A stretch of 64,000 nucleotides of DNA from Candidatus Latescibacterota bacterium (GTDB taxonomy: Bacteria; Latescibacterota; UBA2968; UBA8231), in contig OZ242005.1 in the NCBI GenBank assembly GCA_965204725.1, forward strand, positions 224,001 to 288,000. Direction: 5' to 3'. A program made the translations under genes and the position numbers. Shown here piece by piece: positions 1 to 9,595 of the stretch (its first letter is position 1; every line of letters begins with the position of its first letter). The notes beneath the pieces were generated by a model. That model had not been told where the DNA came from. It worked only from the letters and a program-made list of their open reading frames with translations, and did no database searches.

Positions 1-2
1 TC

Positions 3-1637
3 GTCCCAGCCGGGAAAGACTTCGATATCGGGGCCGGCTTGGTTGGCTCGCCCCCAGTCGGGCGTGCGGTCTTGGTCGTCGTTGTCCTCGACGAACTCGA
101 AGAAGCGGTTGTGGGTCGCATAGTCAATGACGCCCCGCTGGTCGCTGAGAAAAATGCTGGTCGCGTAGTCTTTGCCCATGCTGAATGCTTCGCCATAGAC
201 AAACCACGGATAGGCGTTTTTCGCCGCGTTCAGCATCCACGCATCGGCCCGCCGCGAAGCCGCGTGGTGGTCGCCTTCGACATTGGGGTTGGGGTATTTT
301 CTGAATTGGTGGTTGACCGCGTATTCGGCATAAGTGTCAAAGCCCAAGAAGCGAGTCGTCGCGAGGTGGAAACCGAAAATTTGGTTGGCAGTGGGCAGGC
401 CGTAGGCAAAGCGCACGAGCCGCTGGTTTGACGTGTCGCGCACATTGCCGTCGGCCCGGGCGATGAGCAGGGGATGGAATTCGCCGGCGCGGCTCAGTTG
501 GCGATTGGAGGCCATGGACACCTTGTAGTCGTTGGCCAGCACCAACTCGAACGTCACCTCGACAATGGTCGAGGGGTCTGGCCCCAAATAGGCGCGGTCG
601 GAAAAATCGTAGATGAGGCGAATGGCCTCGTCCCCGTCCGCGGCCAAAAAGCCCCCCGGCCGCTGGAAACCGCCTTGGACGAGGGGCGTGAAGTTGATCT
701 CCTTGCCGGTGACGGTTTCGCGCTCGCCGGTGTTGAAGTCGCTAATGGCCGTGATGATGATGTTTTGCGAAAACAGCGCGGCCCCACCCCGGCTGTCGGC
801 GGGCGAGTCGTCTTCGAGCAAAATTTCAATGCGGGTGACGGTGCTGCTGTTTTGATCGACGGTCAAATCGCCTTGGGCGCGCCCGCCGAGAAAGCTCTCC
901 AACAGGGTATTGGACTGGTGGGCGTTGACATAGGTGGCACCCAAGGAGACGAAATCGCCCACCTGAGCGGTGAAGTGGCCGCCGAGAAAGTCGGTGGTAT
1001 TCGACACGCCCGTAGGCACGGCACCGACCGCGACGCCCACTTGGTTGGGGGCACTGATGCGCGACAACAGCACGGTGGCTTGGTATTTGTCCGCGGCGAA
1101 ATCGGCCTCAATGCCATTGAAGGCCGGCTTGGAAAAAGTTAGGGGCGTCAGGGTCGTGCGAATGCTGTTGCCAATGGTCACCGCGTAGTGGTTTTGGCCC
1201 TTGCTGTCGGAGGCGATCAAGACGTTGTTGAACCACGAGCCATAGCGGCTGTCCTTGAATACGGTGCTGCCGAACTCGGCCGGTTGTTGCCGGCGCATGT
1301 CGTATATCAGCCAGCCTTGGGTGACAAAATTGCCGTATAGGTCGTAGAAGTAATGGCCCTCAATGGCCGTGTTGACGTAGCGCTGGTAATTCTCGCGGGC
1401 GTAGTTGTTGTACTGCCAAGGCCGCCAGCGGTACTCGTTGTAGAGTTCTTGGGGGACGTACCAGCGTTTGAGGGTGGGGTCGAGGGCGTCAAAGAGCACG
1501 CCCGGGCCGCGAGGTTCATAAGACACCCGACCGCCGCGCTGCACCCCGAGGCGCGAGCCGTAATCCTGCGCTTGGAGCCAAGCGGGACTCAGCAAGCAGC
1601 AAAGGAGCAGGAAAGCCAACCCGAACCGGCTAGACAT
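3..1637 (-). CDS. Uncharacterised secreted, putative outer-membrane protein; paralog of 44102..46852; truncated by the window edge
   Basis: Not in the ORF track. Manual translation from ATG 1637 gives MSSRFGLAFLLLCCLLSPAWLQAQDYGSRLGVQRGGRVSYEPRGPGVLFDALDPTLKRWYVPQELYNEY, and near position 1 FEFVEDNDDQDRTPDW; both align with the 916-aa protein. Starts 6 nt after the stop of 1644..3764. Confidence 0.88.
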   Translation of the reverse strand, partial: MSSRFGLAFLLLCCLLSPAWLQAQDYGSRLGVQRGGRVSYEPRGPGVLFDALDPTLKRWYVPQELYNEYRWRPWQYNNYARENYQRYVNTAIEGHYFYDLYGNFVTQGWLIYDMRRQQPAEFGSTVFKDSRYGSWFNNVLIASDSKGQNHYAVTIGNSIRTTLTPLTFSKPAFNGIEADFAADKYQATVLLSRISAPNQVGVAVGAVPTGVSNTTDFLGGHFTAQVGDFVSLGATYVNAHQSNTLLESFLGGRAQGDLTVDQNSSTVTRIEILLEDDSPADSRGGAALFSQNIIITAISDFNTGERETVTGKEINFTPLVQGGFQRPGGFLAADGDEAIRLIYDFSDRAYLGPDPSTIVEVTFELVLANDYKVSMASNRQLSRAGEFHPLLIARADGNVRDTSNQRLVRFAYGLPTANQIFGFHLATTRFLGFDTYAEYAVNHQFRKYPNPNVEGDHHAASRRADAWMLNAAKNAYPWFVYGEAFSMGKDYATSIFLSDQRGVIDYATHNRFFEFVEDNDDQDRTPDWGRANQAGPDIEVFPGWD

Positions 1638-1643
1638 GCTTGC

Positions 1644-3764
1644 TCAGTACGCCACGCTAACGAGGCCGGTTTTGGCCGCGGCGCCGACATTTGTATCGAG
1701 CGAGACGCGGACCAAATAGATGCCGGGCGCGACCACCGCGCCGTTGCCATCGCGCCCATCCCAAGCGGCGGCAAAGCGGCCGCTAGCCCGGTGGTCCGCA
1801 AAGGGCGCGGCGACGAACCGACCGCTCAAATCGCGGATCTCCACCCTGAGCGGCGCGCCTACGCCCAGCCGCAGCACCTCAAAATGGACCGCAGCCGCCT
1901 CGTTGACGCCGTCGCCGTTGGGGGTAAAAACTGCGGGGGTCACGTGAAGCCGCCCCAGCAGCGATCCCCTTATGGCGATGCGCACCGCCAAGTTGTTATC
2001 CACTGCGGTCAAATCCTCGCTGCCCACCGGGCGCGGATCCACGTCTTCGGCCCCGAGTTGCGCCGCATTGCCCGGCACCACCGCCTGCGGCAACGGCCCG
2101 TCGCCCGTCGCGGCCGGGTCGACCAGCCAAGCTCGACCGGCAAACCCCTGTCCAAAGCGCAAGACCGAAGTCGTGAACGAAATTTTGAGCAAATCGCCAT
2201 CGCCGACCGGGGGGAAGCCGACGACAAAGCGGCCGGGCGCAACGCTCTCAATGCTGAACTCGCCCACGCGCAGCGGCAAGTGCGCCTCGGCGAGGACCGC
2301 GTCAAAATCCGCCCCGGCGATTGGCTCGTCTTGGGCATTGAGCACCTCGATGCGGCCGATTTTTTCAAAGACGCTCGGCGAGGATATTTCAAAGCGATTG
2401 AAACCCGTATCCTGCGGCCGAACTCCCACCCGCGCTCCATAGGTGAACTCCACCACCTCCCCGGCCGCGACCTCGCGGGGGAAAATTTCGCCGACGATTT
2501 TTTCGGCCGGCACGGGGCGGGCCAGATCAAAGGACAGGGAGCCTACCCCGGCCGCGGCGAGAAAATCGCGGCTGACAAAATCAATCCTGAACTGGAAGTA
2601 CTGCCGCGGACCGGGTGAGACAATGGGCGTACCGGCCGGGGTCGTTCCCGCGGGCGGATAGGGGGGTGACCAGTTGCTCCAGTTGATTAGGTCGTCTCTT
2701 ATGGGTGCTTTTTGCTGGAGGGGCAGGCTGGCGTGATCGGCCTGTGAGAGCGCGAGGGCTTGCCGGACGGATTCGGGTTGGGAATTGTACTGGTCGAAAG
2801 CCTCGTCTAGGGGCAGGTCGTCGAGCAAGACGCCGTTGATTGCGGCCGCCTGCTGCCAAGGCACTTCCTGCAAGTCGGGGTTGAAGCGATTGAAGACAAA
2901 GGGCGTCGGGTCGCGGCCGGAACGGGTGAACACGCGAACATCCGACAGGCCGGCTAGGCCCTCGCGCCGCTCGCTCCAGCGCACCTGGCCCCAGTTGGCT
3001 AAATCGCCCAGATCGAAGATGTCCGACAAGTACTGGGCTTCGGGCACGAAGCCCGCGCCGAATAGTTCCAACTCATCGACTTCAAAGCCGATATTGGACA
3101 GCGACACCAAGCGCACGTAGCGCACGAATTGCAGGGGTAGGGACCAATCGACGACGGCCTCGGTGTTGTCCTCGACCCGCACGAAGGTAGTGTACTGCGG
3201 GCGGCCTTCCACCGACGTTTCCTCGCTGCCGTCGTTGAGTTGGAGGGCATAGCCGCGCATGAAGTCGTTTTCAAACTTGAACTCCGCACTAGGGCGAATG
3301 GTGTTGCGCGGGAAAAAGCGGATTCGGTTCACGCCAAAGCGCGCCCCCAAATCCAAGTCCATGATGATGCCGCGGGCGATGACTACTTCCCCGGCCGCGC
3401 TGGCCTTGCGGCGAAAGGCCGTTTCTGCATCCTCGTCAATCATGGCCGCCAGCGACGCCGCGCTGATCGAGGGCAGGGGCGAATTCATGCCGCCCCCCCG
3501 GTCGGACGCGCCGAGTGCCAGATTCCGCCCGGGGTCAATCTGTTGCGGGAAAATCCACCCCTCGGCAAACGCAAAGTCAATGACGCCGCCCGGCGTATTG
3601 CCAACGGCCAACTCGGTATTGGACAAGCGGAATTGCGGCGCAATTTCGTCCCCCCCGTCCAACCACGCCCGCCCACCTTGCCCCAAGGCAATGGTCTGTG
3701 CTGGGGCATCGGCGGCCAACGACAGCAACGCCGCGGCGAGAAGGCCGTACCTTTTCCTGCTCAT
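1644..3764 (-). CDS. Secreted discoidin-like protein with C-terminal FlgD-Ig/T9SS-like sorting domain (706 aa)
   Basis: Signal peptide; DLDLGARFGVNRIRFFP; WSNWS; C-terminal FTPNGDGVN..WDGRD..PGIY..LVSVAY. Confidence 0.85.
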   Translation of the reverse strand: MSRKRYGLLAAALLSLAADAPAQTIALGQGGRAWLDGGDEIAPQFRLSNTELAVGNTPGGVIDFAFAEGWIFPQQIDPGRNLALGASDRGGGMNSPLPSISAASLAAMIDEDAETAFRRKASAAGEVVIARGIIMDLDLGARFGVNRIRFFPRNTIRPSAEFKFENDFMRGYALQLNDGSEETSVEGRPQYTTFVRVEDNTEAVVDWSLPLQFVRYVRLVSLSNIGFEVDELELFGAGFVPEAQYLSDIFDLGDLANWGQVRWSERREGLAGLSDVRVFTRSGRDPTPFVFNRFNPDLQEVPWQQAAAINGVLLDDLPLDEAFDQYNSQPESVRQALALSQADHASLPLQQKAPIRDDLINWSNWSPPYPPAGTTPAGTPIVSPGPRQYFQFRIDFVSRDFLAAAGVGSLSFDLARPVPAEKIVGEIFPREVAAGEVVEFTYGARVGVRPQDTGFNRFEISSPSVFEKIGRIEVLNAQDEPIAGADFDAVLAEAHLPLRVGEFSIESVAPGRFVVGFPPVGDGDLLKISFTTSVLRFGQGFAGRAWLVDPAATGDGPLPQAVVPGNAAQLGAEDVDPRPVGSEDLTAVDNNLAVRIAIRGSLLGRLHVTPAVFTPNGDGVNEAAAVHFEVLRLGVGAPLRVEIRDLSGRFVAAPFADHRASGRFAAAWDGRDGNGAVVAPGIYLVRVSLDTNVGAAAKTGLVSVAY

Positions 3765-3790
3765 GCGTTTCCTTCTCTAAAGCGGCGCGC

Positions 3791-4660
3791 TTACTCTGCT
3801 CGCCAAGCCGGAACATCCCATGAATTGTACCACGCCCACGCCCACTTGACCTTTTTGGCTGGCATCTCCACTTCGTACTGAATGGGCGCGGTAAAGGGCA
3901 GCAGTTGGGCTTGGCCGTCAATCTGCTCCCGCAGGTCTTCGAGGAAGGCGTTGACGTCCGTTAGATTGGGCGGCCAATGACCGGCCGGAATCGGCTCGGA
4001 CTGGCGATCGGTCCGATAGTGGGTGGGAATGACGAATTTGGGCCGCACCGCATCAATTAGCGGCCCCATCGGCGTCTTCATGTGGATCAAGTAATCGACG
4101 CGACCGCGCAGATTCTCCAGCGGCGGATAGGTCCCGTGCAAATCCCCGGTGTGGAAAATCGCGACGTCGCGGGCGGCATGGGTGACTAGATAGGCGCAAG
4201 TGGGCAGATCCGGCCGGGCGCTTTCGCCGCTTTCGTACACTTCGACCTGAAGCGGGCCTAGGTCGAGCTCAAAGGGGCCGGGAAATTCGCGGCGACCATA
4301 GCGCGCGACATCCTGATATTTGGGATAGACCACTTGGACCTTGGCCGGGTCGATGTGCTTGGTGATGGGCAGGTCGCGCGCAAAAGCGGCGTCGCCGTAG
4401 TTTTCGTCAATGGGTTCGTTGGGCGTCAGACAGCCGATGGGGACGAAGAGTTTTTTCCAGCGCTCGCCTTGGCAGAGCTTGTGCAAGGTCTTGGGGTGAC
4501 AATGGTCAAAGTGCTCGTGGCTGATAAAAATATAGTCGAATATCGGCTCGGCTCGTTCCAGTTCGGCACCGAATAGATAGGGATCGAAACACACGTTGAC
4601 ATCGCCCAGCAATGCCTCAAAGTGCCCACATCCAGCCCAGCGCAGATACATGCTGTCCAT
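3791..4660 (-). CDS. MBL-fold metallo-hydrolase (UlaG/beta-lactamase-like)
   Basis: ISHEHFDH (HxHxDH) motif, FHTGD and IPTHY motifs; RBS GAGGAGG upstream. Confidence 0.85.
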   Translation of the reverse strand: MDSMYLRWAGCGHFEALLGDVNVCFDPYLFGAELERAEPIFDYIFISHEHFDHCHPKTLHKLCQGERWKKLFVPIGCLTPNEPIDENYGDAAFARDLPITKHIDPAKVQVVYPKYQDVARYGRREFPGPFELDLGPLQVEVYESGESARPDLPTCAYLVTHAARDVAIFHTGDLHGTYPPLENLRGRVDYLIHMKTPMGPLIDAVRPKFVIPTHYRTDRQSEPIPAGHWPPNLTDVNAFLEDLREQIDGQAQLLPFTAPIQYEVEMPAKKVKWAWAWYNSWDVPAWRAE

Positions 4661-4684
4661 TGGCTTCCTCCTCCGAGCGGCCGC

Positions 4685-6547
4685 TCAATACGCGACCGCC
4701 ACGAGTCCACTGCGTTCTGTCGGTCCGTCGTCTGTATCCACCTGTACTCGGTAGAGATATACACCCGGCGCGACCACGCTCCCGCCGTCGGCCCGGCCGT
4801 CCCACCGCCGGGCGTATTGGCCGCTGGTATCCGCTCCCCGGTACAACTGGCGCACTCGGCGTCCCGCCAGATCGAATATGCCCACTTCTACCGCGCCGGT
4901 GCCGGCCAGTTCGAGCAGCGTGTACTCGATGTGGACCTCGTCGTTGACCCGGTCGCCATTGGGCGTGCATACCTGCGAACTGAGCACCAACTCACTGACG
5001 ATCGCGCGGCCCAACTCAATCCCCACCGACCGCTGGTTGCCGTCTAGGCGGAAGGTCGCATCCCCATCTTCAACCCACTGCCCCACTTCCAACGGGCGTT
5101 GGCTGTCGAAGACCTCGGCGGCGAAGACCGTGCCAAAGCGAAACACCCGTCCCGTGAAGAAAACCTCCACCACGCGGCCGGTCTTGCTCCGGTCCATGCG
5201 CCCCACTGCCAATACCAACCGCTGGTCCGTCAAAGGCTCGGCAAGGCGCCAATCCTGCAATTCCTCGTTGACGCGGACGGAATCGACGCCGGTGAACTGC
5301 CCCGCAGTCTTTAGCACCAAGCGGTCAAAGCCGCTTTCGCCGCCGGCAAAATCCGGCCGCATGGCATAGACAAAGGCCGTCTCTTCCCCCGGCTTGACCT
5401 CAATCGGCCAGATCTCCCCGAGCACCCGCCCGGCCACTGGCGGCTGGGTGACGCGGAATTCAATAAAATCAATGGCCGCGCCAGCCAAGCCACTCGGTAC
5501 AAAATCCAACTGCACTTGAATGAATTGTCGGGGGCTCGGCGAGGTAATCGCCGTGCCGAGACGGTCGGCCCAATCGTAAGGCCCCGACCACGAACTCCAA
5601 TTGTCGAGGTCTGTGGTAACTTCGGCTTTGTTGCCCTTGAGGTTGTTGTAGTCCGCCGCAGTCAAGGGCACGCCTTGGGCGTTGCGGAAGGTTTTCTCGT
5701 CGCCGCGGCCGGTAAAACGCCAGTAGCGGTTAGGGTCCGCCGTATGACCGCTGCGCGTACGGATGCTCAGTTTGGCGTTGGAATCTTCAAAGCCCGACCA
5801 GCGAATGGCACCCAAGCTCGACGGCTGGCCGAGGTCAAAGGCCCCGGAAGTGTACAGGGCACTCGATACATAGCCCTCGCCATAGACTTCCAACTCGGCG
5901 ATTTCCCAACCCTCTTTTTTGTGGATATTGAGTTGTATCTGATCGAGAACGCGGGGGACAAAGTTGATTTCGAGGCGCGGATTTCGGTTGTCGATCCCCC
6001 GTGCGATGACGTTTTTGCCTTGGGGCCTTATCGTCCCCTTGGGCAACGAGTACAGGGTGTAGTCCTCAATGAGGCGGTCGGGATGGTTCGGCCGGGGATA
6101 GACGACAACTCGATTGACCAAGAAGCGGCCGCCTAGATCGAGATACACCAAGGACGACTCCGAGCGCACGACGAGGACGGCCGGGTCGAGAAAAGTGGTT
6201 GAATCGCCGTCGGCGATCCGGTCGATTTCTTCGCCTTTGGTGAGAAAATTGTACTTCCAACTGCCGGGGCCGCCGCCGCGGGCGAAGGAAGATCGCGCCA
6301 TATTCTCGTCCGAAGGAATGAATACCGGGGCGAGCCGGCCCTCATGGCCGACCTCCACGCCGACCAGCACCCCCTCGGCACCCGCGGCAAAGCCCTCCCA
6401 GCTCAACTGGACAAACTCCACGTCTCGATGGCTCGCCAATTCGGGCTGCGGCAGCCCATGGCCACCCACTCTATATATGGTGAGTCCCCAAGCCAAGGTC
6501 GGGGCCAGAAAAGGCAGCAGCGCTAGGCGCAGCATCGCGGCTTGCAT
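4685..6547 (-). CDS. Secreted discoidin-like protein with FlgD-Ig/T9SS-like C-terminal domain (620 aa)
   Basis: Signal peptide; LDLGGRFLVNRV; CTPNGDRVND..WDGR..PGVY..LVAVAY; close paralog of 12342..14180. Confidence 0.85.
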   Translation of the reverse strand: MQAAMLRLALLPFLAPTLAWGLTIYRVGGHGLPQPELASHRDVEFVQLSWEGFAAGAEGVLVGVEVGHEGRLAPVFIPSDENMARSSFARGGGPGSWKYNFLTKGEEIDRIADGDSTTFLDPAVLVVRSESSLVYLDLGGRFLVNRVVVYPRPNHPDRLIEDYTLYSLPKGTIRPQGKNVIARGIDNRNPRLEINFVPRVLDQIQLNIHKKEGWEIAELEVYGEGYVSSALYTSGAFDLGQPSSLGAIRWSGFEDSNAKLSIRTRSGHTADPNRYWRFTGRGDEKTFRNAQGVPLTAADYNNLKGNKAEVTTDLDNWSSWSGPYDWADRLGTAITSPSPRQFIQVQLDFVPSGLAGAAIDFIEFRVTQPPVAGRVLGEIWPIEVKPGEETAFVYAMRPDFAGGESGFDRLVLKTAGQFTGVDSVRVNEELQDWRLAEPLTDQRLVLAVGRMDRSKTGRVVEVFFTGRVFRFGTVFAAEVFDSQRPLEVGQWVEDGDATFRLDGNQRSVGIELGRAIVSELVLSSQVCTPNGDRVNDEVHIEYTLLELAGTGAVEVGIFDLAGRRVRQLYRGADTSGQYARRWDGRADGGSVVAPGVYLYRVQVDTDDGPTERSGLVAVAY

Positions 6548-6565
6548 ACTTTTGGCTTAAAATGG

Positions 6566-6600
6566 GCTGCCTGGCGCACCGTCGCGGTACCCCAGGCAGC
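6566..6600 (-). terminator. GC-rich hairpin between the first and second genes of module A
   Basis: Minus strand GCTGCCTGGGGTACC-gcgac-GGTGCGCCAGGCAGC, about 15-bp stem with one mismatch, followed by CCATTTT. Confidence 0.6.
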
Positions 6601-6628
6601 AAAAACAACCCCCGCTATGGAGGATCGC

Positions 6629-7519
6629 TTAATGGACGAAACCGGCCTTGAGCCGGCCCCAAGTCGTGGCTTCAACCGAAGAGGGAATCGAGCCGAAGTC
6701 AACGCTCTCATCAATAGGCGACAAGAAGAAGTCGCTGCAACCATCGGCGTTCCTAAAGCCAATGTCGCTCTGGCTCAGGTTGTAGAATGCGTCCCAACCG
6801 CTGCACTCTTCGCCCTCGCGCGCCTCGCGGCAGCCAACATCGTAGTCCATCCAGTTGTAGTGGATGCCGATTATGTTGTTCTCTTGCATCGAGTGGATGA
6901 TCGACTCTCCGGGGCCGGCGGGATTGATGTCGTCGGTGGGGGCCAAGCGGATTTCCAGCCAAGTCGTCCCCGGACCGTAGTGTTCGCCTTCAAAAGTCGC
7001 CACCGCATTGTACCAGCCCTCCTCGGGCAGCCAAGTCGCCGCGCCCCAGAAGAAGTGGACAATTTCCGAGCCTAACACCGTGTCGCCGATGTTGTTGTAG
7101 GTCTCGGTCTGATAGCACTGCGAACCGTCCAACCGCTCATCGCCCGGGTAGCATTCGCCCCCGCTGTGATCGGCGTCGAGGAGAATTTGCCAAGTATCGC
7201 CCGGCCGGTTGATGTCGTCGAATACTTGGCTGTAAAAGTAGAGCCGGTTGGTCCCCAAGCTGAAGGTCACCGTGGCTTTGGCGTCGAAATTGGACGCATC
7301 GATCTCCCGTCCCCCTTGAGTATCGGGAAACTGCTCGGTGGTCTGCCAGTATGCCTCGGGGACGATATCGTATTCGCTGCCGACGCCGTCCAGTACGGGC
7401 TCGAGACCGGCTGGCCACTGGAAGGCCGGAAAAATGGCGCCTTCGGGCGAGTGCGCCGAAACATTGACCGCGAGGCCCAACGTGAGAGCCAAAGCAGCCG
7501 TCATAATATGACGTGCCAT
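6629..7519 (-). CDS. Secreted CBM9/DOMON-like protein with WGRLK C-terminal tail (296 aa)
   Basis: Start reassigned to MARHIM (RBS AAAGGA); signal peptide; RLY..DD, DADHSGG, IGI...DYD motifs; ends SSVEATTWGRLKAGFVH. Confidence 0.8.
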   Translation of the reverse strand: MARHIMTAALALTLGLAVNVSAHSPEGAIFPAFQWPAGLEPVLDGVGSEYDIVPEAYWQTTEQFPDTQGGREIDASNFDAKATVTFSLGTNRLYFYSQVFDDINRPGDTWQILLDADHSGGECYPGDERLDGSQCYQTETYNNIGDTVLGSEIVHFFWGAATWLPEEGWYNAVATFEGEHYGPGTTWLEIRLAPTDDINPAGPGESIIHSMQENNIIGIHYNWMDYDVGCREAREGEECSGWDAFYNLSQSDIGFRNADGCSDFFLSPIDESVDFGSIPSSVEATTWGRLKAGFVH

Positions 7520-7718
7520 GTCTGTTCCTTTCTCATAAAGCAGGAAAATTGAAAATTTGCGTTCTAGCCGAGATACTTCTCTGAGCCTGATGCGCTTCCT
7601 CCTTTCCGCGATTGAGTGGGACAAAGGCCCATTTTGCTGGGTTCGGCTTACAAGGTACGAAATTTGAAAATTAAAAATCAAGAAAAATAAAAGCAGGCCG
7701 GACGTAGCGCTCACCGGG

Positions 7719-7770
7719 TGGATTCCCGCCCCGTGTCGGGGCACGGGGTGACGTTCTTTCGCGGAATGAC
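7719..7770. repeat. REP-like palindromic intergenic repeat, copy 1
   Basis: TGGATTCCCGCCCCGTGTCGGGGCACGGGGTGACGTTCTTTCGCGGAATGAC is nearly the reverse complement of 37564..37616. Confidence 0.85.
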
Positions 7771-7888
7771 CGCTAGCAGGCCACCCGCGCACCGGGTGCT
7801 TGCCGCGATGCCTTTTCTTTAATTCGTGCGCTTTGCCAGAGAAATATATATTCTGGTCGCCCACTTGAGTCTGCAAAGGAACCGCTTC

Positions 7889-9586
7889 ATGTATCGCATC
7901 CTCGTTGCAATACCGTATTTGGCACTCAGTTGGGTGCTGTTTGCTTGTGCGCCACCCGATCAATCTCCCGCGCCGGAGCAAACGGCCCCGCCAATCGCCG
8001 TCGCCCGAGTCGGCCGCGATTCTATTTTCGCGGTTGAAGTAGAGCGGCTCATTGCCTCGTTGGGGCCGGGTCTAAAATCCAGAGAGAGCGGCGATGCCGC
8101 GCGCCGCGATTACCTGCAATCGCTCATAGATCAGAAACTGCTCGCGCACGCAGCCCGCGCCCGCGGTTTGGACACGGTGCGGACCTTTGCGAACAAACTC
8201 GCGTGGAAATTTCGCGAAAAGGTCATCAACACCTACCAAAGCGTCAAAATAAGTGCCCGGATCGAGATTTCCGACGAGGAACTCGAGGAGCTGTTTGTCG
8301 CGGGCGATTTTCAGCGCGAAAAGCGCTTGCTCCGCCTGCTAGTCAACACCCGCGACGAAGCCGTGACATTGCGCCGCCAGATCGCCACGGCCGACGACTT
8401 CGCGGCCTTGGCCCAAGCCCATTCACTCGACCTGCAATCGGCCGAGCAGGGCGGCGATTTGGGCTATGTCAACCGCGTCGGCGCCGCCAATCACGGCATT
8501 CCCGTCCCGGTCTTTGCCAGCCTAAAGCAAGGTTCCCTGTCTGAAGTACTGCCCCTGAGCAAAAATTACCAGCTCGTTTTCTGCACGGCTGAACGCCAAG
8601 GCGATTTCGCCCAGTATCGCCAAGACTTGTACAAAGACGTGTGGAAGGAACGCTTCGTCGCCGAACATCAGGCCCTGATTGAGGAGTTGGCGAGTTCCTT
8701 AAATCTGCGCCTACACTCGGCTGGGCTGGCGGTCCTTACGGCCCAAGACCCCGCAGTCGATCCTTACCCCAAACTCGCCCCGGAGGACGGTTCGGCCCCG
8801 CTGTTCGTTTTTGATGGCGGCCGCATAACCGCGACTCACTACATTGAATCGTTCCGCCGCAGCCGGCAGGTGCCGGCCTTGGGCGACAGCCTGCAAATAA
8901 TCCGGGCGGCCTGGAAATTGCCCATTCCCAAGACGCTGGTCTGGCGCGCGGCCAAAGAGGCCGGCCACACGGAAAGCCCGGCCATGCGCTATTGGAAGCA
9001 GCGCAAGACCGAGGAAATGCTCATCCTCGCCCTGCGCCAGCACGAGATCAGCGACCAAATAACCATAACCGATGCGGCCGTAGCCCAGTACTACCAAGAC
9101 CATCGGGAACAATTTCGCACCCCGGTGGAAATGCGGCTCGACGAACTGTTAGTTGACGACCGCGACCACGCCCAGGCCCTGCGCCAGCGTCTGGACCGCG
9201 GCGAAACCATCGCCGATTTAGCTTCCCTGAGTCAGCGCCACGGGGGGCCGGATGGCCGGGGGAAAATTCATCTCCATTCGTATCAGCAAGGCATCTACGG
9301 CGCGCTCGTGGACCATGCTCTGGCCGCCGAAATCGGGGGCTTGGTCGGTCCGGTAGCGGTGACGGGCGGATATTCAATTTTCCGCCTCAAAGAGCGCAGC
9401 GGCGGGGAAATCGCCCCCTTAAAGGCGGTCCACAAGCGCGTAGCGGCGATTTTGCGCGTCATAGAGCAGGAACGGCGCTTCAACGAATTGGTCGCCCGCT
9501 ACCGAGAGCAATACGCCGATCAAGTGCATATCTTTGCAGAAGCCATTCCCCAAATCCAACTCGACCCGCCCGCGCCAGCGCGCTGA
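7889..9586 (+). CDS. Parvulin-type peptidyl-prolyl isomerase lipoprotein (SurA/PrsA-like)
   Basis: Start reassigned to MYRILV (RBS AAAGGA); lipobox LFAC; FAALAQAHS..SAEQGGDLG rotamase motif plus a second degenerate domain. Confidence 0.85.
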   Translation: MYRILVAIPYLALSWVLFACAPPDQSPAPEQTAPPIAVARVGRDSIFAVEVERLIASLGPGLKSRESGDAARRDYLQSLIDQKLLAHAARARGLDTVRTFANKLAWKFREKVINTYQSVKISARIEISDEELEELFVAGDFQREKRLLRLLVNTRDEAVTLRRQIATADDFAALAQAHSLDLQSAEQGGDLGYVNRVGAANHGIPVPVFASLKQGSLSEVLPLSKNYQLVFCTAERQGDFAQYRQDLYKDVWKERFVAEHQALIEELASSLNLRLHSAGLAVLTAQDPAVDPYPKLAPEDGSAPLFVFDGGRITATHYIESFRRSRQVPALGDSLQIIRAAWKLPIPKTLVWRAAKEAGHTESPAMRYWKQRKTEEMLILALRQHEISDQITITDAAVAQYYQDHREQFRTPVEMRLDELLVDDRDHAQALRQRLDRGETIADLASLSQRHGGPDGRGKIHLHSYQQGIYGALVDHALAAEIGGLVGPVAVTGGYSIFRLKERSGGEIAPLKAVHKRVAAILRVIEQERRFNELVARYREQYADQVHIFAEAIPQIQLDPPAPAR

Positions 9587-9595
9587 AGCGAGGCG

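Noticed and set aside
39-2618. Long plus-strand ORFs 39..431, 474..1142 and 1353..2618
   Set aside because: They are antisense shadows of well-supported minus-strand genes and show no recognisable motifs.
7520-7981. N-terminal extension of the 450-aa ORF in the track
   Set aside because: It crosses the REP element and promoter region and overlaps the divergent PPIase; RBS and signal peptide point to ATG 7519.
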